Source: Macrostomum hystrix | Lineage: Eukaryota > Animalia > Platyhelminthes | Length of the DNA stretch: 64,000 nt | Assembly (NCBI GenBank): GCA_950097015.1 | Contig: CATNEN010000007.1 | Location: forward strand, 1,674,001-1,738,000 | Direction of reading: 5' to 3' | In this document: positions 24,295-36,737 of the stretch, in pieces | Layout of the letters: each line of letters opens with the position of its first letter | How positions within the stretch are numbered: position 1 is the first letter of the stretch | Made by a program: the position numbers and the translations under genes | The notes under the pieces: generated by a model | Told to the model about the DNA's origin: nothing | Database searches by the model: none | The model's input: only the letters and a program-made list of their open reading frames with translations

Positions 24295-26490
24295 ACCTAC
24301 TTTCCCAGATCCTCAGGTTCAATTTGCTACTTTCCCAGATCCTCAGGTTCAACAGCTACTTTCCCAGATCCTCAGGTTCAATCAGCTACATTCCCAGATC
24401 CTCAGGTTCAATCTGCTACTTTCCCAGATCCTCGGGTTCAACAGCTACTTTCCCAGATCCTCAGGTTTATCAGCTACTTTCCCAGATCCTCGGGTTCAAC
24501 AGCTACTTTCCCAGATCCTCAGGTTCAATTTGCTCCTTTCCCAGATTCTCGGGTTCAACAGCTACTTTCCCAGATCCTCAGGTTCAATCTGCTACTTTCC
24601 CAGATCCTCAGGTTTATCAGCTACATTCCCAGATCCTCAGGTTCAACAGCTACTTTCCCAGATCCTCAGGTTTATCAGCTACTTTCCCAGATCCTCGGGT
24701 TCAACAGCTACTTTCCCAGATCCTCAGGTTCAATCTGCTACTTTCCCAGATCCTCAGGTTCAATCTGCTTCTTTCCTAGATCCTCAGGTTCAATCTGCTA
24801 CTTTCCCAGATCCTCAGGTTCAATCTGCTACTTTCCCAGATCCTCAGGTTCAATCTGCTACTTTCCCAGATCCTCAGGTTCAATCTGCTACATTCCCAGA
24901 TCCTCAGGTTCAATCTGCTACATTCCCAGATCCTCAGGTTCAATCTGCTACATTCCCAGATCCTCAGGTTCAATCTGCTACTTTCCCAGATCCTCAGGTT
25001 TATCAGCTACATTCCCAGATCCTCAGGTTCAACAGCTACTTTCCCAGATCCTCAGGTTTATCAGCTACTTTCCCAGATCCTCGGGTTCAACAGCTACTTT
25101 CCCAGATCCTCAGGTTCAATCTGCTACTTTCCCAGATCCTCAGGTTCAATCTGCTTCTTTCCTAGATCCTCAGGTTCAATCTGCTACTTTCCCAGATCCT
25201 CAGGTTCAATCTGCTACTTTCCCAGATCCTCAGGTTCAATCTGCTACTTTCCCAGATCCTCAGGTTCAATCTGCTACATTCCCAGATCCTCAGGTTCAAT
25301 CTGCTACATTCCCAGATCCTCAGGTTCAATCTGCTACATTCCCAGATCCTCAGGTTCAATCTGCTACATTCCCAGATCCTCAGGTTCAATCTGCTACATT
25401 CCCAGATCCTCAGGTTCAATCTGCTACATTCCCAGATCCTCAGGTTCAATCTGCTACTTTCCCAGATCCTCAGGTTCAACAGCTTCTTTCCCAGATCCTC
25501 AGGTTCAATCAGCTACTTTCCCAGATCCTCAGGTTCAACAGCTACTTTCCCAGATCCTCAGGTTCAACAGCTACTTTCCCAGATCCTCAGGTTCAACAGC
25601 TTCTTTCCCAGATCCTCAGGTTCAAACTGCTACATTCCCAGATCCTCAGGTTCAACAGCTACTTTCCCAGATCCTCAGGTTCAACAGCTACTTTCCCAGA
25701 TCCTCAGGTTCAACAGCTACTTTCCCAGATCCTCAGGTTCAACAGCTACTTTCCCAGATCCTCAGGTTCAATCTGCTACTTTCCCAGATCCTCAGGTTCA
25801 ACAGCTACTTTCCCAGATCCTCAGGTTCAACAGCTACTTTCCCAGATCCTCAGGTTCAACAGCTACTTTCCCAGATCCTCAGGTTCAATCTGCTACATTC
25901 CCAGATCCTCGGGTTCAATCAGCTGCATTCCCAGATCCTCAGGTTCAACAGCTACTTTCCCAGATCCTCAGGTTCAACAGCTACTTTCCCAGATCCTCAG
26001 GTTCAACAGCTTCTTTCCCAGATCCTCAGGTTCAAACTGCTACATTCCCAGATCTTCAGGTTCAACAGCTACTTTCCCAGATCCTCAGGTTCAATCTGCT
26101 TCTTTCCTAGATCCTCAGGTTCAACAGCTACTTTCCCAGATCCTCAGGTTCAACAGCTACTTTCCTAGATCCTCAGGTTCAATCTGCTACTTTCCCAGAT
26201 CCTCGGGTTCAATCAGCTGCATTCCCAGATCCTCAGGTTCAATCTGCTACATTCCCAGATCCTCAGGTTCAACAGCTACTTTCCCAGATCCTCAGGTTCA
26301 ATCTGCTACATTCCCAGATCCTCGGGTTCAATCAGCTGCATTCCCAGATTCTCAGGTTCAATCTGCTACTTTCCCAGATCCTCAGGTTCAACAGCTACAT
26401 TCCCAGATCCTCAGGTTCAACAGCTACTTTCCCAGATCCTCAGGTTCAATCAGCTACTTTCCCAGATCCTCAGGTTCAATCAGCTGCATC
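24295..26490. repeat. 29/30-bp minisatellite (CTACTTTCCCAGATCCTCAGGTTCAATCTG)
   Basis: Tandem periodicity of 30 bp with 29-bp variants. Confidence 0.97.
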
Positions 26491-26577
26491 TGCGCGGCTT
26501 TGATCTGATTTTCAGAAGAAAAGTTGGGACGAAAAGCGCAAATAATTAATTGCCATTAATTGCCATACCGCTTACAG

Positions 26578-27705
26578 AACCGTATTACAGACGAAGCCGA
26601 TGGTGGCAATGCCAACAATGAGCCGCCGCAGGTTCGGCCGCTTGGCAGTATTATTGGCTTCGCTGCCTTCCGCCGCGACCCACCCCACCAGCAACAGCAG
26701 CAGCAGCTGCATCCGTTTGGTTCCGTTAGTCCACTGGACGCCCTGCCAGAGCTCGGCTTCAGCAACGGCGGTCCCGGCCCTCTGACATCCTGGCGACGCC
26801 GTCAGTTGGAAGCGGCCGTAGGATCAGCCGGCTTGCCCTGGTCGCCGGCTCCGGGTCGTCAGCTGTCCGACCGGGTGGCCGCCCTGTGCGAGTTTCGCAG
26901 AACCGACGCCGAGCTGCGGTTGGCGGTGGTGCGCGACCGGTTGCGCAAGCGGCCCCGGCTGCTTGGCCCGCTGGTGTCCTTCGCTTTAAGCGACTCTCAT
27001 CTGCGCGGTTTCGAAGACGAGTCGGAGGATATTTCTAGTCAATCGTCGTCTGCTTCAGCAACCCAGCAGCAGCAGCCACCGTCCGCTTCTAAACTGATTG
27101 TCCAGCGCAATAAAAAACGTCTTCTTAGCGACGAGGAAAATGATGAACAAAAGGCCGATCCAGACGATGCCGATTTTGTTCCGGAGAACAAAACTCGCGT
27201 CAAGATCAATAGTACTAATAGTAGTAGCAGCAGCGGGGTAAAAAACAACAGGAACAATGGCGCCAGCGCTGCTGGCACTGGCAGGAGATTGGGCAGAGGT
27301 TGGGCTACTCCGCCACCCCAGCCAGCCACTGAGTACATCCAGCTGGGCAGTCGCGAGCTGAGCAGCGCCAACAATTCCAGGCCTCAGAAACGATTGGCCA
27401 GCGAGCGAATCTCGCGCTGCACCGCAGCCGACGCGGCCGCCGTTTACGAAATCGAATCTTCCTCCTCAGGCGGGGAAGAGCAGCAGCGGCCGGGTGGAGC
27501 CGACGATGGCGAAGAGAATGATTGCGTTGTCACGCGGATGCCGCCGACGCCTTCAAGGCCGAAGAGAAAAATTGTAACGACGAAAGGAGAACGCGCCGCG
27601 CCTTCCGAGTCGGAATTTCATTCGCTGAAGTGTCCGGTCTGCGATCAATTTGTGCCCAAGCGATTCTGCATGGAGACTCACGTGAACTCCTGCCTGGACA
27701 ACTGA
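26578..27705 (+). CDS. Protein with C-terminal UBZ4 (Rad18-type) zinc finger; 5' end unresolved
   Basis: A 375-codon open frame follows the acceptor-like CTTACAG at 26577. It has poly-Q/S low-complexity tracts, an SHP-box-like GTGRRLG and terminal CPVCDQFVPKRFCMETHVNSCL. There is no in-frame ATG until about 27538. Confidence 0.7.
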   Translation, partial: NRITDEADGGNANNEPPQVRPLGSIIGFAAFRRDPPHQQQQQQLHPFGSVSPLDALPELGFSNGGPGPLTSWRRRQLEAAVGSAGLPWSPAPGRQLSDRVAALCEFRRTDAELRLAVVRDRLRKRPRLLGPLVSFALSDSHLRGFEDESEDISSQSSSASATQQQQPPSASKLIVQRNKKRLLSDEENDEQKADPDDADFVPENKTRVKINSTNSSSSSGVKNNRNNGASAAGTGRRLGRGWATPPPQPATEYIQLGSRELSSANNSRPQKRLASERISRCTAADAAAVYEIESSSSGGEEQQRPGGADDGEENDCVVTRMPPTPSRPKRKIVTTKGERAAPSESEFHSLKCPVCDQFVPKRFCMETHVNSCLDN

Positions 27706-28249
27706 CTGACTGTAGGGCCGCGTTTTTTCCTTTGATGAGTTTTCCTACGTTACCTGTAAATGCCATTCTTCTACTGTTAGAATAGCAAATGCATTTTGTA
27801 GCAAGTATTCTTCATTGCAAAGATCTCATTGAAGTCCTGCCCTGGATACTTTGATAAATTATCTGTAGTTCGCCTAATTTCAATGGGCATCAATTCCAAG
27901 AAACATGTTCCGTTAAATTGTATTTTGTGAGTTCAAAGGATGCTAGCCCAAGCACTTTGCCCTGTAATTGCGCCTCGTTTGCAATCAAATCATTCATCTA
28001 GGCACTCATTTACATTTCCTTGATTTTCATTTGCGTGCGCATGCTAGAATTACATATTTCTAAAACGTGCCGCAACACATTTTCGCATTTGCTTTACCTG
28101 TATAGCAGCAATCTGTGCCACAGACAGCTTTGAGTACTTCCAGGCGAGAGGCTCGTCTGTAGCCCTCTTAAACGATGCTGCCTTCATTCTGTCTTACATT
28201 GTATATTAATGCTTACAAGATTATATTATAACTATTGTTCAAAACCATT

Positions 28250-29535
28250 CTGAGCTGTCAATCTCCCAGATCCCCATTCAATTTCTGAGCTGTCATTCTC
28301 CCAGATCCCCATTCTATTTCTGAGCTGTCAATCTCCCAGATCCCCATTCTATTTCTGAGCTGTCAATCTCCCAGATCCCCATTCAATTTCTGAGCTGTCA
28401 ATCTCCCAGATCCCCATTCTGAGCTGTCATTCTCCCAGATCCCCTTTCTGAGCTGTCATTCTCCCAGATCCCCTTTCTGAGCTGTCATTCTCCCAGATCC
28501 CAATTATGAATCGTCATTTTACAAGATCCACATTCTGAGCAGTCCTTCTCCCATATCCCAATTCTGAGCTGTCAATCTCCCAGATCCCCTTTCTGAGCTG
28601 TCAATCTCCCAGATCCCCATTCTATTTCTGAGCTGTCATTCTCCCAGATCCCCATTCTATTTCTGAGCTGTCATTCTCCCAGATCCCCATTCAATTTCTG
28701 AGCTGTCAATCTCCCAGATCCCCATTCAATTTCTGAGCTGTCAATCTCCCAGATCCCCTTTCTGAGCTGTCATTCTCCCAGATCCCCTTTCTGAGCTGTC
28801 ATTCTCCCAGATCCCCTTTCTGAGCTGTCATTCTCCCAGATCCCAATTATGAATCGTCATTTTACAAGATCCACATTCTGAGCAGTCCTTCTCCCATATC
28901 CCAATTCTGAGCTGTCAATCTCCCAGATCCCCTTTCTGAGCTGTCATTCTCCCAGATCCCAATTATGAATCGTCATTTTACAAGATCCACATTCTGAGCA
29001 GTCCTTCTCCCATATCCCAATTCTGAGCTGTCATTCTCCCAGATCCCCATTCAATTTCTGAGCTGTCATTCTCCCAGATCCCCATTCTATTTCTGAGCTG
29101 TCATTCTCCCAGATCCCCATTCTATTTCTGAGCTGTCATTCTCCCAGATCCCCATTCAATTTCTGAGCTGTCATTCTCCCAGATCCCCATTCAATTTCTG
29201 AGCTGTCATTCTCCCAGATCCCCATTCAATTTCTGAGCTGTCAATCTCCCAGATCCCCATTCAATTTCTGAGCTGTCAATCTCCCAGATCCCCATTCAAC
29301 TTCTGACCTGTCATTCTCGCAGATCCCCATTCTGAGCTGTCATTCTCCCAGATCCCAATTATGAATCGTCATTTTACAAGATCCACATTCTGAGCAGTCC
29401 TTCTCCCATATCCCAATTCTGAGCTGTCATTCTCCCAGATCCCAATTCTGAGCTGTCATTCTCCCAGATCCCCATTCAATTTCTGAGCTGTCATTCTCCC
29501 AGATCCCAATTCTGAGCTATCATTCTCCCAGATCC
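28250..29535. repeat. Composite 29-36-bp minisatellite (TTCTGAGCTGTCATTCTCCCAGATCCCC...)
   Basis: Tandem units, with a diverged block (AATTATGAATCGTCATTTTACAAGATCCAC..) recurring four times. Confidence 0.95.
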
Positions 29536-29897
29536 CAGTGGTAATTAAGTAGTTGAATTTCATGCTCGCATTTTTGCAGAATAACGCATTTTTTGCCGGT
29601 CTACTATTTCTAGGTTTATATTTTTTCAATATAAACTTGCGTCTCGGCTAAGAGTCACTGCTATCCTTGAAGGCATCCAGTTAGTTTGAAAAAAACTTAG
29701 AACGTCTCTTAGTTACGAGTATTATTTCGTAGTTAGCTCGTATGTGCTCAGAGCTTCAGCATTATTGTTAAAGAAAGCACAAGGCTGCAAGGCTGCGATC
29801 GACGTCAAAGCGAATCCGCGGGGAACAATGACAAAAAAAATTGCGAATTCCAAAAATTTGAATATACTGTGTGATTATAGTGATTATTCGTATTATA

Positions 29898-30594
29898 ATT
29901 CGTATTCGTTCAAGAAACACCTGGGATTTGAGAACCCACCGCCCCTGACCCTGCCCAACGGTGAGGTCATCGCGGCATGCAGCGACTTCCGCTACTTGGG
30001 TGTCCCGGTGATGAGCCCGGATGTGATCATCGCGGACAGGAAGACCCAGGCCTGGCGCGCCGTTCACCAACCTAAGCCAGTCTTCACCTCCGGAGCGCGA
30101 GACGATCTGAAGATTCGACTGTTTCGCGCCGCCGTAGAGCCGATCCTATTCTACGGAATGGAGGCCATCCCGATGACCCGCACCCGAGAGCGGGTCCTAG
30201 ATGGGATGCACCGAAATCTGCTGCGCCAGGCTTTAGATGTACACTACCCCGAGACCATCTCGACGGCCCAGCTGACAGCGCGAGCTGGCGTGCCGCCCAT
30301 GAGCGTCACCCTGCGCCGGCGGCGTCAGACCCTGCTGGGGCACTGCTTGCGGAGGACTGCCCGCGGCGAGGACAACCCCTGGCTTTGGTCACCCTCAACC
30401 AGCCAACCGAGCGACTGCGCCGTGGCCAGCGTCGGACCCAGACTTTAGGCGCTACTTTGGTGGCCGGCCTAGAAGCGATCGGTCTGACCCCGAGGACTGC
30501 TGCGATCTGCCCTGCCCCCCTTTTCCGTGAACGCGTGCGCGCAAGAGTGCCCCGTTGACCTTCAGGCCCCTTGCGTCTTTGTAATGTAATGTAA
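29898..30594 (+). mobile_element. 5'-truncated RTE/RTEX-type non-LTR retrotransposon
   Basis: RT C-terminal motifs CSDFRYLG, LKIRLFRAAVEPILFYG and LRRRRQTLLGHCLR; (TGTAA)n tail; 12-bp TSD ATTCGTATTATA (29886-29897 and 30595-30606). Confidence 0.88.
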
Positions 30595-31116
30595 ATTCGT
30601 ATTATACTTAATAGTACTGTAGGCCGGGGATCTCAAACCGACCAAAGTCACACAGTCACAGTCACAGTCACTATGCTCAATTTTCCGTTAAGCGTTTAAG
30701 TAGCTTGCCATTAATTGCCCCATGTCATCACTGTCAACAGTAGCTTAAAAATTCTGTTCAATTCCTTCTCTGTAGATGTTTAGTTACAGAATATTTTTTG
30801 GAAATCATTTTTCCTTTATAATGCAACTCTTATATTATTTTCTTTTGCGATAGTTAAATTCGATTTCATTTTTTATGAGGCCTTTCAGGATTAACAAATG
30901 GTTTCTGGTTCCTTTTACTAAATTTTGGCTGGTTAGTGTAGACATTGGTAGCTCGTAACAAGTTAATAATGAAGGTAATAATATTAGGATCGTGACATTC
31001 GAATCCTTATGCTTTGAATCGTGAGTTATTGGTAATAAATATCTAGACTGGCTGTCGTGGATAAATCGAAGCCGTGACATTTCTGCCGTGTCACAGTATG
31101 CCACAATGAGCGAACT

Positions 31117-34100
31117 TCACAGGTACAGGGTCTGCAGCAGGAAGTGGTCCTGCTTTACCACGCCGAAGTCTTCCTTCGTTTTCGGCATGGCTCTGAATGT
31201 CTCGAAGGCGGTCTTGAGCCTGATGGACAGCAAGATGAAGTCCTCGAAGCAGACCCGGCCGTGCTCCGGGTCCATGTAGCGCATGGCGATGGACTCAAAC
31301 ACTTTGTTGCTGAGGTTGTAGCCGGCTACGCGAAGGGCGTCGCGCAGCTCGAACGAGTCAAAATATCCGTTGCCATCAGCGTCGTACTCCTTGAAGATGG
31401 TCTTCAACAGGCGAATCTCGTTCCACAGGTGCTTGAACTCGTCGAACTCCATGAAGCCAGACATGTTGGCGTCAACCAGGGCTAGCATGCTGCGGCAGGC
31501 CTCCAAGCTGAAGCCTTGGAATTCTTTGATCTCGCGGCCGAATGAGCGGTTGAGAATCTGCTGCAGCTGCTTGGCGTGAATCTTGGCTGCGCTGCCTGGA
31601 GGGGTTAAACGTGTTCGATCTTTTAGGTGACATCACTTCCTTCAGATTGAAAAGACTTTTATTGAAGACTTTAGTTTCAGGGTCATTTTCGTTCTTTAGT
31701 TTTGACCCGAGCACTCGTAGCACATTATGTTGAAAAATTACCAAGGGTTAAAGTGCTTATTTTTTGTTTCGTTGATTAGATACAGAGTGATAGGTTTCAC
31801 AATTTACCATTAAAATATAAATGCGACTTCTGGTAAAAATTATAGAGAATGTAAGTAAATAGAATATTGCAATTCGTTAGGACTAATGAAACTTTTTGGT
31901 GTTTCGTAAGCATTGGATAGTAAGTATTGTACTCATGCTGACGGTTTTAGTACTCTAGCTCATGCTTCCATCAGAGCGTATGGTAGCATACATATGGATC
32001 GATTTTATGAACACGTTTCACTACGAGCTAGTATGTATAGCACTGGCAGCGGGTGTATACTCGTATAGTTTCTACATTGTTACATTGCAGCGCTCATACT
32101 TCAAATCTTATAGTGTCGCTAATAAGAAAGTACTTACGCTGAAGACCTAGAAAATATTTTCGAAAATAATTTTTCCTTAGTTTTGTTTTCTTAATTATTA
32201 TACGTTTGGAAAATAGTATTTACTCACGTGAATATATTGTGCTCACCTGCATACTCCATGAAAGCCTTCTTTAGCGGCTCCTCATTCTCCATCACCGTTT
32301 TGGCATGCTTGCGACCGAAAACACCGTCCACAACGTTGTCCATGGTGTTGGTTGTGTCCAGCACGCCCGACTCGTTCGGCTTCTCTGAGAAGATGCGCAG
32401 TATGAACTCGGCCTCTTCGTTCGGGTTGAACGTCGACGGAACGATTACATAATGACCCGGGGGCAGCTTGTGACGTCCGCAGACCTCGCGTTGGTTGACA
32501 AACGACGGGGACTTGTCGCTTTGGCGCGTGAAGCGGAAGTATTTCTGATCAAGCAGGCCGACATTCGCGTCCTTGATGGAGTAGATCGCATAGCCGATTG
32601 TGAGATAGTCGGCACCTTTGAGAATCTTGCGAATGTCCTTCTGCATGAGGCCAACAATAATCGTGCCCATGTTCTCGTCGTCGTTCTCGTCCGGGTCGAC
32701 GATCTCCACGCGGAACTGTGGATTGGTGTGAAAGCTGTCGATATTGTTGCGACAGCCGCCGGCGCTGACGTTCCGCTTCCACTGGCCGGTCTCGAGGCAC
32801 ATCTCCCAGCGACGCTTCTTGGCCGCTTCGCCTTTGACACTGGTGGACATGGACTCGGGACCTAAGTGACAGATCTCCAGCTTGTTGAACTGGCTAGAAA
32901 AGTCCCTATAGGACATCCAGAACTCGCCGTCGTCTTTCATTTCCATATTCAGACGGTCCTTCTCGCCGCGGCTAACGTCGCTCCACTTGGGGCTGCGATC
33001 GCTCCAGTCGCCCCTCCACTCGCACTCATTGCCCCATGGATTGCGAACGCGCACCAAGGACTCCTCCATGCCGTTGTTGAGCTTCACCGTACACACATCC
33101 GTGATGGAGTAAGCGTGTCCGGTAATCAAACCGTTGGTCAGTCGACCCTCCACCTGCTCACTCTCGATAGCGCAGCCCATCAAGGAGCTGCTCGCGTTGG
33201 CCTGGACCATGATGTTGTACAGATTCGGCGGCGCCTTCCTGAGGTCAAAGGTCTCGCACAGGCCGCCAGTGAAATCCACCATGGCCTCAGCCTGGTTTCC
33301 GCCACTTAAAGCCTCGTAGCTGCCGTTGAGTTTGGCGTAGGCCTTCTCGAGCAGAGCAGACCAGAACTCGTTCCGGTCCTCGCTATGCATGAAGCAGAGC
33401 TTGCCGTTTCGGGTTGGCAGGCGGTCGTCAATCTAGAAGTGTTCCATTGGAATTCGATGATTTCGTGTTTCGAGGGTCGTGCCAAAATTCCTCAATTCCT
33501 TAACGAAGTTCAAGAGACTAACTTGCTTTAAACATGAAATAGTTTTTTGTTTTTACCTCAACATCATTCCACTGGCCGAACTGCCACAGACGGAAGCGAA
33601 ACATCCCACAATAGTTTCCGCCAAAGTTCTGGTCAGGCACAACCACCTGATCGAACAGCTGCTTGTGCAGAGACAGCGAGGCGATCGCTGCCAGCAGCCA
33701 GCAGTCTCCTAGCTCGCCCTGCTTCACATCGAATCGACTCACTCCGTCGCTAATGAACTGCGGGTCTGAGCAGATTTCTCTTGGACGCTTCCATTCGAAC
33801 TTAGCGTACGATCGTGACGGGTAGACGCTGCGATTGTCGGCCGGGAAGTCGGGATCTTCAAAGAGCTGGCCGGAGAGCTTCTGCTCTTCGCGCTTGGCAT
33901 TGAAGTCGCCTTTGGGTCGATCAGAGCCAGCCTGGTGGTAGATGGTCCGTGGCGGTCCCGGATCCTTCGGCGCGCGAGGCACAACGACATCTCCGCTGAT
34001 CACTGTCGGTTGACTGCGGCGGTCCAAATAGTCAAAGATGTTTCTACCGCCGGAGCCGCCGTTCAATTGGTCGGAGTGGAAGCTGTAGCCCTTGTAGTAT

Positions 34101-34180
34101 GGATCGTAGAAAGGGTTGTTGCCCCCGGTGGACAAGGTGGTGGAGCCCGATGTGTCGTAGATGATCTGCACTCTAGGCAT
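31117..34180 (-). CDS. Classical calpain (CysPc catalytic domain, C2-like domain III, penta-EF-hand domain)
   Basis: Exons 34180-33557, 33432-32247 and 31595-31117 give 762 aa in frame. Catalytic triad QGELGDCW, GHAYS, RNPWG; IDDRLPT across a splice junction; EF-hands DANMSGFMEFDEF and DADGNGYFDSFEL. Confidence 0.95.
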
Positions 34181-35109
34181 GACTGATTGGATTGATACCT
34201 GCTACAATAATCTAAAAGCGTCAAACTTAATGTTTCTTTCAGCTTGAAATATCAAAAGCGATGCACAGCTAATTATTTGGCGAGTTATTCAAACTGCGCT
34301 GTTTCCCCTGCCATTACATTTTATGGCAAAAATGCGAGACCTTTCAGACCCTGTTCACAGAGTTTGAGAATGCGGGAGATGCCATTGTGCCAGTTTAGTT
34401 TTTCTTTCGAAATTGCGCCTCGTACGCGTGTCGTCTGTGCATTGCGGGTGCGCATGCAGCTCATTCACTGGGGCCCTCTTTTGTTTAGTTTGGCCCCCAC
34501 CGTAGCCTACTGGCCGGCCCCGAGCTGGTGGGTTTTGAGACTATACTCAATGTGACTCGGAATGTAGAAGACTCGTGTTGTCTTTGGATATGTGGGCATT
34601 TATATTCTCATCATTTTTGTCTTGCCATTCTTTTCTTTTCTCTCTTTTTCGGCGTCTCTCAGCGTCTGCATTGTTTGCTAAGTTGTGCCTTCCTTATATC
34701 AGTTTTGTCCTTCGTTGCACTTGCAGCCGGGTGTGTTTTACTGCCATCAGTTACTGTGGCCACCCCGAGGCGATCTCTCTGAGGCCGCTCGTTTGTTTCA
34801 GAAATGCAAAAAATGCGAGCAACCCAATTTAGGAAGCTAATTCAAAAATTTTTTATTTCGTTCTTTTAAAACGCTTTGGCGGCACCATGCAGCCATGAAT
34901 GGCTTTCTCCTTGCTTGTTATATACTTAAAAAGACATTGTTGCAACAGTGCATCGCCATTACGTTTTTGTCTTACTATCATGATCTTTTGACGTAGACTC
35001 CAGCAAAAAATGACATTTTATTATTTAACCTTAACTTTTACTTGCCTTGAAGACATGATTTGATTTCGAACAATTTTAATGTTCCAATGCTCATTTTCTA
35101 AAGTAACAG

Positions 35110-35706
35110 CATTCAGAGCATCTGGCTGTAATTGCAGACCTCAGAGCATCTGGCTGTAATTGCAGACCTTGAGAGCATCTGGCTGTAATTGCAGACCTTC
35201 AGAGCATCTGGCTGTAATTGCAGACCTCAGAGCATCTGGCTGTAATTGCAGACCTTCAGAGCATCTGGCTGTAATTGCAGACCTTCAGAGCATCTGGCTG
35301 TAATTGCAGACCTTGAGAGCATCTGGCTGTAATTGCAGACCTTCAGAGCATCTGGCTGTAGTTCCAGACCTTCAGAGCATCTGGCTGTAATTGCAGACCT
35401 TCAGAGCATCTGGCTGTAATTGCGGACCTACAGAGCATCTGGCTGTAATTGCAGACCTACAGAGCATCTGGCTGTAATTGCAGACCTTCAGAGCATCTGG
35501 CTGTAATTCCAGACCTTCAGGGCGTCTGGCTGTAATTGCAGACCTTCAGAGCATCTGGCTGTAATTGCAGACCTTCAGAGCATCTGGCTGTAATCGCAGA
35601 CCTTCAGAGCATCTGGCTGTAATTGCAGACCTTCAGAGCATCTGGCTGTAATTGCAGACCTTCAGAGCATCTGGCTGTAATTGCAGACCTTCAGAGCATC
35701 TGGCTG
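35110..35706. repeat. 29-bp minisatellite (CAGAGCATCTGGCTGTAATTGCAGACCTT)
   Basis: About 20 tandem copies. Confidence 0.96.
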
Positions 35707-36128
35707 TTGTTCTTTGTAGGCTGTTTATTATTCACTTTAAGTATGTCAAACCGAAATATGTTCACTAGACAATTATTATGCAACGATATATCCTGTGTCT
35801 ACGAAATATCTGGGCGTTTACTAAATAAATAACGTAAATAAAAGGACTTACAATGTATGGCAATAATAATTGAATAACAATTAAGTTACACAAGCACGTA
35901 TGTAAACCATTAAACAATGCAGAGCAATCTGCAAGTGTTGATATGTGCTTGCATTTTTATAACTTTCGTCGAGATAAAAATTTATCTTATTTTAGGATGA
36001 AGCATAGGGATGAAGACAGTGCATGCATGAGACTTTCTTTCATTGATCTTATTAATGCCAATAAGTACATTGTCTATGGTAAAATCTGCATTAATATTAT
36101 ATTTAAGAAATTGAACGCGAACTTTATA

Positions 36129-36737
36129 TAGCTTTTGTCAGGCTATCTCAGCGAATGGGCATTCAAACTCAGCCAGCCCATCTTGTCACTGCGGTTTTTT
36201 TACAGAAGCTGCTAACTTTTACCATAGACATGCATTTTATGGTAAAATAGCTGGTGGCCGACCTGGTGGAGTCACCTGCGTGGAATGGCGCATTTTTCTG
36301 CTGGAGCGAGTGGGCCGAGATTCTTTGCAAGTTGTGACGCCAATGAAGTTATCCAGCTGGGAAATTCACTGCAACCGGAGCTTCCCACAATGCATCCAGG
36401 GGGTACCTTTCAACTAAACTGAAATAGCCTGTTAACTGATCGTCTCTGGTCAAGCCATTTTCAAAGCTTGCTTTGTATATCCCATCCCATACTCTGTTCT
36501 CTGTTACCTAGTTTTTCTCTTGTAAAAAGACTGTTTAAAATATGTTAACAAAACTATCGACCGATAACATAGAACTTATATGTTTTTCTGAGATTGCTCG
36601 TCCCAAGCTGAGATAGCATGGTCCTAAAATGCATGTCTATGGTAAAAATTAGCAGCTTCAGTAAAAAAACAGCTGTGACAAAAGATGGGCTGGCTGAGTT
36701 TGAATGCCCATAGGCTGAGATAGCCTGACAAAAGCTA
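36129..36737. mobile_element. Non-autonomous DNA transposon with about 110-bp terminal inverted repeats
   Basis: TAGCTTTTGTCAGGCTATCTCAGC...ACCATAGACATGCATTTTA at the left end is inverted at 36625-36737; flanked by TA on both sides; no coding capacity seen. Confidence 0.85.

Noticed and set aside
24295-26490. Regular repeats that might suggest a CRISPR array (also 46.5, 35.1 and 61.7 kb)
   Set aside because: Head-to-tail units with no unique spacers, no cas genes, and a eukaryotic context.
28097-28186. Minus-strand ATG-to-donor mini-exon (MKAASFKRATDEPLAWKYSKLSVAQIAAIQ|GT)
   Set aside because: No plausible downstream exon or homology; it would overlap the UBZ4 gene antisense.
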